Shown piece after piece: positions 27,361-37,392 of a stretch of 64,000 nucleotides of DNA. The stretch lies in IMG/VR virus record IMGVR_UViG_3300018495_000076, positions 32,001 through 96,000 of that record; one strand, given 5' to 3'. The notes beneath the pieces were generated by a model. The model saw only the letters and a program-made list of their open reading frames with translations. It did no database searches and was not told the origin of the DNA. Made by a program: the position numbers and the translations under genes. This DNA is from a virus (Duplodnaviria; Caudoviricetes). Within the stretch, counting starts at the first letter, position 1. Each line of letters begins with the position of its first letter.

Positions 27361-27384
27361 AAATAGAGTTTTAAAAGAGGAATT

Positions 27385-27615
27385 ATGAGGGTTTGGAAAG
27401 CAATTGATGATGAAAAGCCATCTAAATCAGTGGTCTATAGAGTCAAGCAAGATAGTGGGTGCTTTACATTTAAGTATGCATATTACGACTCGTTATACGA
27501 CATATGGAATTATGATGGTGATTGGCGGCCGATGATTGTTAATGGTTATGTAACACATTGGGTTGAATTGACTAAAAAACAACAAGAAAGGTTTAAGGTG
27601 GAAGATGAACGATAA
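27385..27615 (+). CDS. DUF551-like hypothetical protein
   Basis: W...KP...VTHW motif. Confidence 0.65.
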   Translation: MRVWKAIDDEKPSKSVVYRVKQDSGCFTFKYAYYDSLYDIWNYDGDWRPMIVNGYVTHWVELTKKQQERFKVEDER

Positions 27616-27985
27616 AACAAATTTAATTGATGACGAAATTCCCGCTTATAAAAAGAAATCAAATAAAAAGGGTCAACCTCGTTCAAATCATAAACATACT
27701 TATGAAACGGTTCTTCTGACTCGCAATTATCATACTACTGATTTTGCAACAGGCAAACCAAAGGTGAACCAAACTAGATTGCCAACAAAGGTATGTACTA
27801 TTTGTGGTAGGATTGATAAAGTTGATCGCGATCCGTCTTATTATGTTAAGAAACCTATTACATATCTACCTTTTGTTGGTTTTGAAAAGGCACTAAGTGA
27901 GCAAGCTTTAAGTCTACCAAAATGGCATGCAGAGGATTTTTGGGATAAGTTTGCAATAAAAACATCTGAAGAACAACAACATTAA
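27605..27985 (+). CDS. hypothetical protein
   Basis: HKH...CTICG motif. Confidence 0.75.
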   Translation: MNDKTNLIDDEIPAYKKKSNKKGQPRSNHKHTYETVLLTRNYHTTDFATGKPKVNQTRLPTKVCTICGRIDKVDRDPSYYVKKPITYLPFVGFEKALSEQALSLPKWHAEDFWDKFAIKTSEEQQH

Positions 27986-27995
27986 GAGGTGTATT

Positions 27996-28220
27996 ATGAA
28001 AATTTACAAAAGAGAAATTAAACCATATATTGAACCACCTTGTTTGCAAGGTTCTAATGATAAACCGTATCCAGTTCAGGGATATGATTGGATGCCAGAA
28101 GATATGGAAGAACAATTAAAACATGAAATTGTTGTAAGCGATCCTTGGTCTAAGTTAATTTTCAAAGAACGATATGTCGTAATAGGTGATGGGATTATCG
28201 GTGAATTTAAGAAGAGGTAA
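27996..28220 (+). CDS. hypothetical protein
   Basis: ORF with SD. Confidence 0.65.
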   Translation: MKIYKREIKPYIEPPCLQGSNDKPYPVQGYDWMPEDMEEQLKHEIVVSDPWSKLIFKERYVVIGDGIIGEFKKR

Positions 28221-28224
28221 TAAT

Positions 28225-28476
28225 ATGAATTTAGTACGTTATAGATTTAAGACAAAAGCCGTCGATGATTATAGACCACTGATTGACATGAAAGACATTA
28301 AAATGCCTTGGTGGTGTACTGGTTTGGCTGCAGATAACAGTTATGCAATTATTGTATGCTACTTGCCGAAAAGTGAAGATTTGTTTAAGTATTGGGACGA
28401 TGCTTACGATATGGAGTCTGAAGAAGTAGCAGAAATTGTATATACGGATAGATTTCATAAGACGGAATGGTTATAA
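28225..28476 (+). CDS. hypothetical protein
   Basis: ORF with SD. Confidence 0.75.
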   Translation: MNLVRYRFKTKAVDDYRPLIDMKDIKMPWWCTGLAADNSYAIIVCYLPKSEDLFKYWDDAYDMESEEVAEIVYTDRFHKTEWL

Positions 28477-28489
28477 AGAGGTGATATAT

Positions 28490-28876
28490 ATGGCAAAGAA
28501 ATTAATTTGTTTTCCGTTTGTTAACGGCAATCTTCAAGAATATTCGTTTAATAATTTAGATGATGCCGAAAGAGAGCGAGTATATAATGGTGAAGAAGTA
28601 GTAAAAGAGTTTACATATAACAAAGATAAGAAAGAAATATGGAAACCAAACACCGAAGTGGAACTGACACTTCATTATCTAGATTATGGTCGTGGTAGAA
28701 GTGCCGTGACATTTTATTGGGTAGATGATGATGGTCACGAATATCCAATGTTTATTAAAGATGTGGATGAGTTGCTAAGACAAGATATGGGAACATCAAG
28801 TGTGCATGCAATTTTTACTTATGTTAAGCGTGGTCAAAATTATGGCATTAAGTTTTTGAGAAAGATTGAGGAGTAA
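28490..28876 (+). CDS. hypothetical protein
   Basis: ORF with SD; GRGRSA...KRGQNYG. Confidence 0.75.
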   Translation: MAKKLICFPFVNGNLQEYSFNNLDDAERERVYNGEEVVKEFTYNKDKKEIWKPNTEVELTLHYLDYGRGRSAVTFYWVDDDGHEYPMFIKDVDELLRQDMGTSSVHAIFTYVKRGQNYGIKFLRKIEE

Positions 28877-28879
28877 ATT

Positions 28880-29236
28880 ATGTCAAACAAACTTACAAAA
28901 ATGGCAAGAGAGATTTTATCTATTGAAGAAGATTTACAGTTTAGATTTGATTACAAAGAAAAACCTTATCCAACATTTGATGATTTTGAAATGTATACCT
29001 TTGAACAAACGTGGGGTAGTACCGCACTTGGATTTGGTGGCATGGGTGGTCAAGCAATAACACATGCAAGAACTTATGTCTTTGTTCCCACTAGCTGCAA
29101 TCAAAAATGTTTTGTTTATTTTGCTGGCAGATTTGCATATGCAACAGATTATAGTCAAGAATTTATGGATGATGTATTAAAAGGTAATATGGCATCCGTA
29201 TCTGGCGCTGGGAAGTATGCAAAGAAAGATGGTTAA
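28880..29236 (+). CDS. hypothetical protein
   Basis: FEQTWGSTALGFGGMGGQA motif. Confidence 0.75.
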   Translation: MSNKLTKMAREILSIEEDLQFRFDYKEKPYPTFDDFEMYTFEQTWGSTALGFGGMGGQAITHARTYVFVPTSCNQKCFVYFAGRFAYATDYSQEFMDDVLKGNMASVSGAGKYAKKDG

Positions 29237-29239
29237 ACA

Positions 29240-29641
29240 ATGAAAAATAAAGAATTTATATATGAATATTGGAGCCGAACTGAGCATGGAAGGAAGATGA
29301 TTGCCTCAAACCATGTGTCAGAATCAGACTTGTTGTTTTTGATTCCGAACAATGTCAAGAGAATGCACGGCTTACCAACAACACGAATCGTCGGCAAGAA
29401 AAAGAGAAAACAGAAGGAACAAAGAAGAAAATTTATTTTTTCTTTTAGTCTTTTTGATCTTATCGAAGAGGTTATAGAAGATACGCTTGGTTCTATGTGG
29501 TCTCAAAACGAGTTCTTTCAACAGTTTGTAGATGTTAAAAATGTTACACATGGGTTTCAACCAAATTTTCAATTCGACAAATCTAAGATTGTAAATGTAC
29601 CGACATTGACTAAGCCGGTAAGATTGTATATTGATTATTGA
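29240..29641 (+). CDS. hypothetical protein
   Basis: ORF. Confidence 0.7.
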   Translation: MKNKEFIYEYWSRTEHGRKMIASNHVSESDLLFLIPNNVKRMHGLPTTRIVGKKKRKQKEQRRKFIFSFSLFDLIEEVIEDTLGSMWSQNEFFQQFVDVKNVTHGFQPNFQFDKSKIVNVPTLTKPVRLYIDY

Positions 29642-29828
29642 TTTGTGTAAAGATACTTTATTACATAGTGTTAAAATCAATTCTGAGCCTCAAAATCAAT
29701 AACTACTTAGGCAAAACTCAATTAAACATATCTACGCTAATCCAATTTTTCACCCCATTTAAACAACCCTTAAAAACGGCAACTATTTATGTATTTTTAA
29801 ATAAATTGTAAATAATAACTGTTATCTA

Positions 29829-29877
29829 TTGACAATTATTATTAATTATGTTAAAATATTAACACTACAGAATGATT
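29829..29877 (+). promoter_or_regulatory. sigmaA-type promoter plus TACAGAATGATT box
   Basis: TTGACA-17-TAAAAT (TG-extended), box 8 nt after the -10. Confidence 0.75.
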
Positions 29878-29890
29878 AAGGAGACTAAGT

Positions 29891-30103
29891 ATGCGTAAAA
29901 TGAAATTAAAACCATGTCCAAATTGCAGCAAAAGTGGCAAGAGTCTTTGGATATGCCGGGTTATTGGTGTGCCATTTTGGTATAAAAGATGGCACATCGA
30001 ATGCCCTAGTTGCCATTGGTGTGGAAAGTCAACGATGTTTGTTTGGAATGCCAAATTAGCATGGAATATGATGGCCAAAAGAAGGAGAAGAAATTATGGA
30101 TAA
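29891..30103 (+). CDS. Lar/restriction-alleviation-like Zn-ribbon protein
   Basis: LKPCPNC...IECPSC...AWN pattern. Confidence 0.6.
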   Translation: MRKMKLKPCPNCSKSGKSLWICRVIGVPFWYKRWHIECPSCHWCGKSTMFVWNAKLAWNMMAKRRRRNYG

Positions 30104-30419
30104 AGAAAATATTGAAAAAATGGCAAAAGTAATAAAATTCTGCAAGAATACATCAATTGATGAATGCAATACTAAGGTGGATTGCCACCATTGTATTGCT
30201 GAACAAATTTACAACGCAGGATACCGTAAGCAAGAGTGGATAAGTGTTGAGGATAGATTGCCGACATATAAAGACGGCAAGGTTTTGATATATACCGCAT
30301 ACGGAATCAGCATTGCCGAGATAACGGTAAGCGGCAGATGGAAAGGTGCAAATGCTATTCCCAAATTTATTACACATTGGAAGCCGCTTCCCGAACCGCC
30401 GAAGATGAAAGGAGAATAA
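30096..30419 (+). CDS. DUF551-like protein
   Basis: EWISVEDRLP...ITHWKPLPEPP. Confidence 0.8.
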   Translation: MDKENIEKMAKVIKFCKNTSIDECNTKVDCHHCIAEQIYNAGYRKQEWISVEDRLPTYKDGKVLIYTAYGISIAEITVSGRWKGANAIPKFITHWKPLPEPPKMKGE

Positions 30420-30420
30420 T

Positions 30421-30696
30421 ATGAAATGTGAAAAATGTTTATATAGGAAGAACTGTCAGTTTCTTGCCAAACATAAAAAAGCAGTCGTAGAAGGTTGTAC
30501 TGCTTTTGCAAGTGAAGCAGATTTAAAGAGAGAAACAGCAAAAGAAATTTTTGAGGAGATTGAAAACGCATTATTTAATAATCATTGCGTTGATGATGGA
30601 ACTGATTGCCCTACACCACATTACTTTGAAGAACTCAAGGATGATATTGCTGCACTCAAAAAGAAATATGAGGTGGCTAAAAATGACAAAGGCTAA
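30421..30696 (+). CDS. hypothetical protein
   Basis: ORF with SD. Confidence 0.7.
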   Translation: MKCEKCLYRKNCQFLAKHKKAVVEGCTAFASEADLKRETAKEIFEEIENALFNNHCVDDGTDCPTPHYFEELKDDIAALKKKYEVAKNDKG

Positions 30697-30961
30697 AAAA
30701 GCAGTATTAAACGAACTGTCTAAAGAACAGTTGATTTATTTGATTGAGCAGTTCTATCATAGTCAATTTTTAATTGGTGAAGTCTGTGTAGCTGAGTCTA
30801 AGCAGCATATTGATTCTGGTGACGCGGTAGACGAGATCCGTGATTGTCTTTACGATATGCCAAATATGAATAATGTGATCGAGTTAAAAGCCTACATAGA
30901 CATGAAAATGGGAAAGATTACAATCGCAGAATTCAGAAAGATAATGGGGCTGGACGAATGA
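30683..30961 (+). CDS. hypothetical protein
   Basis: ORF with SD. Confidence 0.7.
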   Translation: MTKAKKAVLNELSKEQLIYLIEQFYHSQFLIGEVCVAESKQHIDSGDAVDEIRDCLYDMPNMNNVIELKAYIDMKMGKITIAEFRKIMGLDE

Positions 30962-31263
30962 AGTTGTGGGTAGATGATACTAGACCTTGCCCGGACAGAT
31001 TCGAATACTTCTGGGCTACTACGGTTATACAAGCTATACAAATAATTCAAGATGAAGAAACGGTTGGAGATCCGTTGGAACTTTTGGATTTGGATCATGA
31101 CGCTGGTGATTATTATTTCGGTGGAGGAGATTATATTCGAATCTTAGACTGGCTTGAAGCAACGGGTCGCAACTACCCTATTCGCATACACAGTGCCAAT
31201 GCGGTAGGTAGGGAAAATATGCGCAGAATTATAGAGAAAAATGGTTGGAAGGAGGTAAGATAA
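30958..31263 (+). CDS. cyclic-phosphate-processing receiver-domain protein
   Basis: KLWVDDTRPCP...LDLDHDAG...IHSANAVG signature. Confidence 0.75.
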   Translation: MKLWVDDTRPCPDRFEYFWATTVIQAIQIIQDEETVGDPLELLDLDHDAGDYYFGGGDYIRILDWLEATGRNYPIRIHSANAVGRENMRRIIEKNGWKEVR

Positions 31264-31451
31264 TGTTTAAACGTAAAAAAACATACTGTGTACGATGGGC
31301 TTGGGCGGATGGCATTGCTCGTCAAGATATCGTGAGTGCAAAAGACATTGCTTATGCTTGGAGAGAACTAAAAAAAGAACATCCTTGTGCGGCATATTGC
31401 TTTAGAATTACTGAGATAAAGAATAACGAGTTTAAGGAGGACAGTGTATGA
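31263..31451 (+). CDS. hypothetical protein
   Basis: AAGGAGGT SD. Confidence 0.65.
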   Translation: MFKRKKTYCVRWAWADGIARQDIVSAKDIAYAWRELKKEHPCAAYCFRITEIKNNEFKEDSV

Positions 31452-31498
31452 CCGACACAGAATATATTGAAAGAACTTTTAGAACAGAGGGTGAATAA

Positions 31499-31786
31499 AT
31501 GAAATGTATAGATTGCGGTAGTTGTCATAAAACCGAACTCGTCAAATGGAATCCCTTGGTATTGAAGTTTGAAAATGTAACTGTATATCAATGCTGGGGA
31601 GTGCCAGAACCATTTGAGATTGCTGATTTAGATGTTGAATGTCCTGCATATCCAAAAAAATATGAATGCAAGTTTTGTCATGGTGGCATTTATGGTGGTG
31701 TATTTTCTTTTGTAAAGCGTTGTAGTCCGGAAATTAGCGTTCATAAATTGTACTGCCCTGTTTGTGGTAAAGAGTTAAAGAGGTGA
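31499..31786 (+). CDS. Cys-rich Zn-binding protein
   Basis: multiple CxxC, C-terminal YCPVCG. Confidence 0.7.
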   Translation: MKCIDCGSCHKTELVKWNPLVLKFENVTVYQCWGVPEPFEIADLDVECPAYPKKYECKFCHGGIYGGVFSFVKRCSPEISVHKLYCPVCGKELKR

Positions 31787-31790
31787 TAAA

Positions 31791-32561
31791 ATGAAATTTT
31801 TTGTAAGTTCAGATATACATAGTGCGTATACGCCCTGGATGGAAGCGTTGAATAAGGCCGGATTTGATGTAAATAATCCTGAACATAAAATTATATTGTG
31901 TGGAGATTTGTTCGATAGAATGGATGAATCTCAAAAAGTTTATAAGTTTGCAAAAGATATGCTTGAAAAAGACAAGTTAATATACATCAAGGGTAATCAC
32001 GAATCATTGTTGGTTGATTGTTGCAAACGAGGATATCCAATGAGCCATGATATTTCAAACGGCACTGCGGCGACTATTTATGATCTTGGTTATGGGTGGG
32101 AATTTGACGAGATGTGCAAATACACTCTTGTAAAAGTTCGTCCTCTTTTTGATAAAATGGTTAATTATTTTGAAACACAGAACTATATTTTTGTGCATTC
32201 TTGGATTCCGACAATAAGCAAGGATGGACTTCCGGCTCATTACACAAGAGGACGTAAGTTTGAATGGAATCCAGATTGGCGTAATGCAAGCCAAGAAGAA
32301 TGGGATGATGCGACCTGGGGTAACCCTTTTGATATGGCATGGAATGGATTGAATAAGACCGGCAAGGTAATTTGTTTTGGACATTGGCATTGTTCTACTG
32401 GATGGGCAAAATCAGAAGGGCGTAACGAATTTGGAAAAGGCGCCAAGTTTGAACCCTATTACGGATGCGGATTTATTGGGCTTGATGCTTGCACGGCTTA
32501 TAGTGGAAAAGTTAATGTAGTTGTTATTGAGGATGAACTTTTGGAGGATGACAATGAGTAA
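31791..32561 (+). CDS. calcineurin-like metallophosphoesterase
   Basis: SDIH, GDLFDR, GNHE, FVH, GHWH motifs. Confidence 0.9.
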   Translation: MKFFVSSDIHSAYTPWMEALNKAGFDVNNPEHKIILCGDLFDRMDESQKVYKFAKDMLEKDKLIYIKGNHESLLVDCCKRGYPMSHDISNGTAATIYDLGYGWEFDEMCKYTLVKVRPLFDKMVNYFETQNYIFVHSWIPTISKDGLPAHYTRGRKFEWNPDWRNASQEEWDDATWGNPFDMAWNGLNKTGKVICFGHWHCSTGWAKSEGRNEFGKGAKFEPYYGCGFIGLDACTAYSGKVNVVVIEDELLEDDNE

Positions 32562-33027
32562 TGAACTTAAAGACTGGATCGGTGATTTTACCGATGAACA
32601 GAAGAAAAATTACGAGCTGTGCATGCAATACCCCATTCTTATTCCAGATAATGATGACGAATATATGTACGAGTATTCCAAACTCGACTTTTTCCCTGCT
32701 GGTTGGAAGAAGGCTTTTGGTGAGCAATGGGCAAAAGAAGTGCAAGCAGCCATTAATAAAATGCCTATTGGTGTTCAAAAAGAGGCGTATATCACAGATA
32801 TTAAAGAAAAATGGGGTCAATTAATAGTATTTTTGAGTGTTTACTCTGAAGAATTGGACACAGTGCTCAAAAAATACGAACAACTTTCAGAAACTGTTTG
32901 TTGTCAGTGTGGCAAGTCTAAAACGGAAGTTTTTGATGGATGGTTTAGTTATTTGTGCGATGACTGTGAAAATGAATTAATGAAAAGACGTAAAAATTTT
33001 AGGGGTTGGTTGGATGCAGATTGTTAA
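32554..33027 (+). CDS. hypothetical phage protein
   Basis: GW...IKEKWGQL...CxxCG motif. Confidence 0.75.
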   Translation: MSNELKDWIGDFTDEQKKNYELCMQYPILIPDNDDEYMYEYSKLDFFPAGWKKAFGEQWAKEVQAAINKMPIGVQKEAYITDIKEKWGQLIVFLSVYSEELDTVLKKYEQLSETVCCQCGKSKTEVFDGWFSYLCDDCENELMKRRKNFRGWLDADC

Positions 33028-33307
33028 AATTAAAGAAAGATTGTCTTTGGAAGAAAAAGAGACTTTGTTGCTATATGATACAGCAGATAAACAGTGGATT
33101 ATGGATACAACTGTAATGAAACATTACAATAAGGCTAAGCGCCAAGGATGGGAGCAAATTAAAGAGTTTGTTTATGACGACGGAAGTGTTTGTGGAGGCA
33201 TATTTATTGCAACAGATAGAGCGGTTACAATTCGAAACGTAGAAGCAAAGCAGATGTCTGATAAACAAATGGGAAATTTGTTGCAGGATGAAGATGATGA
33301 ATTGTAA
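33014..33307 (+). CDS. hypothetical protein
   Basis: ORF with SD. Confidence 0.75.
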   Translation: MQIVKIKERLSLEEKETLLLYDTADKQWIMDTTVMKHYNKAKRQGWEQIKEFVYDDGSVCGGIFIATDRAVTIRNVEAKQMSDKQMGNLLQDEDDEL

Positions 33308-33336
33308 ATAATTTGCAAACAATGCACTATAATATA

Positions 33337-33384
33337 TTGACATTTTCTTAATTTATGGTATAATATATACAGTACAAAGTGATT
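33337..33384 (+). promoter_or_regulatory. sigmaA-type promoter upstream of the RNA polymerase gene, plus TACAAAGTGATT box
   Basis: TTGACA-16-TATAAT (TG-extended), box 8 nt after the -10. Confidence 0.75.
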
Positions 33385-33500
33385 AGGAGGATGTTAGTAT
33401 GTATGGTGCATTTTTTCTTGTACCTCTTTTTTGCGTTGGATTGTTTTTAATTAACAAGAGAAGAGACAAAATAGCATGACAACCAGGGTGGTGATTTATA

Positions 33501-36272
33501 TTGAAATTACAAAAAACACATATATACACATTAAAACTGCATAGCAGTTTATTAGATGGATATGGTTGGAATTATACTACAACCATCGAAGAATTAAGAA
33601 AAGATGTTTGCGCTATTGTTAGTTTAAATGATAGCCAAGTGCTTAGATGGCTTGCAAAAATTAACGGAACAGAAAATTCAGACCAAGTCGCAAAAGAAAT
33701 CAAAACTGAAATTAAGAGATTAAAAAAAGAACCTACTACGAAAAACAACAAAAAGGCAATTGCTGAAAAATATAAACAACTTTATAAAACTCGTTTTACA
33801 TCCGACTATATGATGATTGTTTTTGATAAAAAATCTCATTATGATAGGGCGAGAAAGGGCTTTTCTATCACAATTGATGGTGTTACTACACAATATAGGA
33901 GGTTTATTGGCACTGCAAATTCCATCAAAAAGAACACTATTATTTTTGTTAATATAAATGTGTACGACAAATTGATGTGGCATATGAATAACGGTCGTGA
34001 TATGAACAAACCCGCCGTGCCAGCAAAATTAGAAGCATATATGTCGTTGGCTTGTTCTGGTAGCATTCCTTTAAAAGAGTTTCCGCGCATTATGGTGGTT
34101 GATGATTGTATTACTCACGCCATTGTACCAGAAATGCTGCACTTAGACTATACCGATATGTCTCTTGATGAACCAGTAATTGAATTACGAAAAAATCAAG
34201 AGATTGAAATTAACGGGTCTGATGGCTTTGGGCTAATGACTCCGGAGTTCTCAAAGAGGGTTAATGCTCAACTAGGTGGAGATCCAACACAGTGTGTAAC
34301 ATTTAATTCTAGATGTGCGTTTACAAAGGGGATGTTAGTACCGTTTGATTTTGTGGATTTTGCAGAGCAAAAAGCGAATGGTAAATATATGATCAAGGAT
34401 GCTTGGGGTAATTTGCAGGATGTACGCGAGCACGATGTTATTCTTACGGTTTCCATGCTGAAACTATGGGATAGTTATTCTTCTTGCGAAGATTATGTGC
34501 AAAAATGTGTAGAACATGGATTTGATTTTTGCGTTGCAAAAACTGCACCTCATGAATTAGATTCTCAGCAGACTTCAAATTATCAGTTTTTACAAGATTT
34601 CATTAATTTAACAGATGAAGATATTGATGAACTAATAGAGCCTACTGTAAATCATATTAAAAATGCTCTTGGTTTAGACTGGAGAAAGCTTTTATTATAT
34701 ATGTGCGGCAAGGGTTTAGATGAAAAAACATACAAATATACTGAACCAATAGCAAGAGCAATTATGGCGTACCCTGAAATTATCAAAGATAAATATATAC
34801 GTTCTCGTATTGAGAAGATGATTGCAAAAAGCATCAAAGATGCAAAAATAGGAGTTCTTCAGCTTCATGGAAATTTTCAAATTATTTCTGGTGACCCTTA
34901 TTGTCTAGCTGAGTCTATTTTTGGACTTCCAAAAATCGGCTTACTCAAGGCTGGTGAAGCTTATAGTAGATATTGGATTGATAGAAAAGTTGACAAAGTA
35001 ACTGCATTTCGTGCCCCTATGATTGTTCAAAATAATGTAGCTCAATTAAATATTGTTCGTAATTTAGAAATAGATTATTGGTATCAATATATTAATAGCA
35101 CTATTGTTTTAAACAATTTTAGTGATATATGCATTAGGGAGTGTGGCTGCGACTTTGACGCTGATACATTTATGACGACCGATAATCCGGTTTTGTTGAG
35201 AAAGTATCGCCATTTGCCAGCAATAGATTGTGTGTCAGTCAGTCCAGAGAAAAAGATTCCCACCGAAAATGATTTTGTTATGAGTGAAAAGCGTGGTTTT
35301 AATGATCAGATTGGGTCTATTACTAACAAGGGAACTGGGCAAAAAAGTATGCAATCTGCATATGATATCGGTTCGGCAGAATACGAAGAACTTGGGAAAA
35401 GAGCAATTTGTTGTGTACAGCTACAGCAATCAGAAATTGATGCAGTGAAAGGTGCGTGGAGCCGTCCTGCTCCGAAACATTGGTTTGATTATAAGTCTAA
35501 TATTATTGAAGACGGCGATGATGACGAGGCAATACAAAGAAAGTTAATGAATCAAAAATTGGTTGTAAAAAAACCGTTTTTCTTTATTTTTAATTATGAA
35601 TATCTGTATAAAGATTATATGAAATATATGAAAAACGTTGATGCCAATTCACAATTAAGATTTGGTAAGACATTGTCTGAATTATTGAATTCAATGTCGC
35701 CCTCTGACGATGAGAAGGAGTTTATCGATAACTATTATAAATATCTTCCGGTTGATTGTTCTCCTGGTATTATTAATAGAATTTGTTGGAAGATTGAAGA
35801 TATATTTAAGAGTAAAGATATGCTTCCAGACGCAAATTTTGATTATCACATTCTTACATCAGACGCAACCTATAGTAAAGTGGAGTTTAACACAGTTGAA
35901 GAATTGTATGCGGAGTACATACGCACCATTCGTAATATCAAAAAGCAATACGTTCAAAAAAGCAATGATGTTGCGGATAATGATATGGTTGCGGATTTAT
36001 TTGTTGCAAGGGAGGCATGGAAAGAAAAGTGTTTATCTGTTTGCAATAACGAACAAGTATTAACGAATATTTTGCTTGAGGTTTGTTATAATTCCAATAA
36101 TTCAAAATCTATGGTATGGGATGTCTGCGGAGAACAAATTGTGAAAAATCTTTTAGAGAAAAATAATAATATACTTCGTTTCCCAAAGAGATGTGCCGAT
36201 GGAGATATTGAATTTGATGGAGAGATGTTTGCTATAAGTGAGGTGATAGTTAATGAAGAAGTTGACATTTAG
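33501..36272 (+). CDS. yonO: YonO-like single-subunit two-barrel RNA polymerase (cellular RdRP-related)
   Basis: DGFGLM, KGML, RAP and GCDFDAD catalytic loop; size and position ahead of SPbeta-like late genes. Confidence 0.85.
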   Translation: MKLQKTHIYTLKLHSSLLDGYGWNYTTTIEELRKDVCAIVSLNDSQVLRWLAKINGTENSDQVAKEIKTEIKRLKKEPTTKNNKKAIAEKYKQLYKTRFTSDYMMIVFDKKSHYDRARKGFSITIDGVTTQYRRFIGTANSIKKNTIIFVNINVYDKLMWHMNNGRDMNKPAVPAKLEAYMSLACSGSIPLKEFPRIMVVDDCITHAIVPEMLHLDYTDMSLDEPVIELRKNQEIEINGSDGFGLMTPEFSKRVNAQLGGDPTQCVTFNSRCAFTKGMLVPFDFVDFAEQKANGKYMIKDAWGNLQDVREHDVILTVSMLKLWDSYSSCEDYVQKCVEHGFDFCVAKTAPHELDSQQTSNYQFLQDFINLTDEDIDELIEPTVNHIKNALGLDWRKLLLYMCGKGLDEKTYKYTEPIARAIMAYPEIIKDKYIRSRIEKMIAKSIKDAKIGVLQLHGNFQIISGDPYCLAESIFGLPKIGLLKAGEAYSRYWIDRKVDKVTAFRAPMIVQNNVAQLNIVRNLEIDYWYQYINSTIVLNNFSDICIRECGCDFDADTFMTTDNPVLLRKYRHLPAIDCVSVSPEKKIPTENDFVMSEKRGFNDQIGSITNKGTGQKSMQSAYDIGSAEYEELGKRAICCVQLQQSEIDAVKGAWSRPAPKHWFDYKSNIIEDGDDDEAIQRKLMNQKLVVKKPFFFIFNYEYLYKDYMKYMKNVDANSQLRFGKTLSELLNSMSPSDDEKEFIDNYYKYLPVDCSPGIINRICWKIEDIFKSKDMLPDANFDYHILTSDATYSKVEFNTVEELYAEYIRTIRNIKKQYVQKSNDVADNDMVADLFVAREAWKEKCLSVCNNEQVLTNILLEVCYNSNNSKSMVWDVCGEQIVKNLLEKNNNILRFPKRCADGDIEFDGEMFAISEVIVNEEVDI

Positions 36273-37050
36273 TGAAAAAAGGGATATAGAAAAAGTTTTG
36301 GCATCTGGAGATGTGACTCAAGATAATGTTATACACGTTATTAGTGGTATAGCAAAATACAATTTTCGAGTAAAGCATATGAGCGATGAGGATAACTATT
36401 CTTACATTAAAAATTGGCTCTCTATACATTATCAATATTATGTTGAAACTGAATTATATGGCGTAATTACACAAAAAGTTGAGGCAGCCCATAATTATGA
36501 TTTGTTGGAGAGCGACTCTTTGGCAATATACCAGAGTGAATTGGATGTAATTTTGGCATCTGGAGATATTAGAACTGAGAAGGTTTTGTTTACTGTCTTG
36601 TGTATTGCAAAACTTCAAAAAAATATTTTTGGTTATCAAAATGGAAAATACAAGTATGCTTTAACAAATATTTTTAAGTTGGCTAGAGTTCACATTCCTT
36701 CAATTGATCGCAATCAATTTATGCACACTTTGTTAGATAAGGGATATATTAATGCACCTTTTAGAGTTGATGACGAGCAAAGATATGTTACATTTATGTC
36801 AGATGGAATCAACGATAAGGAAGTTATAATAGTTTCGGGTAGTGATTTTGACGAGTTAGCCTTTGTATATGAAGATTGGAAAAGCCAGGGTCAGAATTTT
36901 GATAGGTGTAAAAAATGTGGTATACTAATTAAGAAAAGTAAGACTAAACCAAAGAAATATTGTGAAGAGTGTGCGAAAAGTGTGCAAACTGAACAAAAAA
37001 AGCTTTGGGCAGAAGTTAATAGAAAAAATCTTACGCAACAAAATGATTAG
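36253..37050 (+). CDS. conserved protein downstream of the RNAP, with C-terminal Zn ribbon
   Basis: CKKCG...KYCEEC; overlaps RNAP stop. Confidence 0.8.
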   Translation: MKKLTFSEKRDIEKVLASGDVTQDNVIHVISGIAKYNFRVKHMSDEDNYSYIKNWLSIHYQYYVETELYGVITQKVEAAHNYDLLESDSLAIYQSELDVILASGDIRTEKVLFTVLCIAKLQKNIFGYQNGKYKYALTNIFKLARVHIPSIDRNQFMHTLLDKGYINAPFRVDDEQRYVTFMSDGINDKEVIIVSGSDFDELAFVYEDWKSQGQNFDRCKKCGILIKKSKTKPKKYCEECAKSVQTEQKKLWAEVNRKNLTQQND

Positions 37051-37161
37051 CAAATTCCTTATGGTTTATAGAACGATACTTTTTTTGTAGTTTAGGGTAG
37101 GATTTACATCAGTATTTTCCTATATCAAAATTATTATTCGATAACAAAGGAGAAAAAACAT

Positions 37162-37392
37162 ATGGCCGATAAAATTATGCGTAAATACAACGTTTCCGCT
37201 TCAGGCATTTTAACCATTGATAGAAACGGCAAACTTTACATCAGTTGTGAAGATGGTGCACAGGATGTAAGTCTTGCGAAGTTGCTTGAAGATTTCGATG
37301 GCAGACAGGTGAATGTATCGTGCAAGTATGAAGAAGAATATTCTACGGAAGATGAAATTGAAGTTGACGAAGAAACTGGTGAAGTAATGTAA
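37162..37392 (+). CDS. yonK: YonK-like protein
   Basis: LLEDFDGRQVNVSCKYEEE resembles SPbeta YonK; synteny. Confidence 0.6.
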   Translation: MADKIMRKYNVSASGILTIDRNGKLYISCEDGAQDVSLAKLLEDFDGRQVNVSCKYEEEYSTEDEIEVDEETGEVM

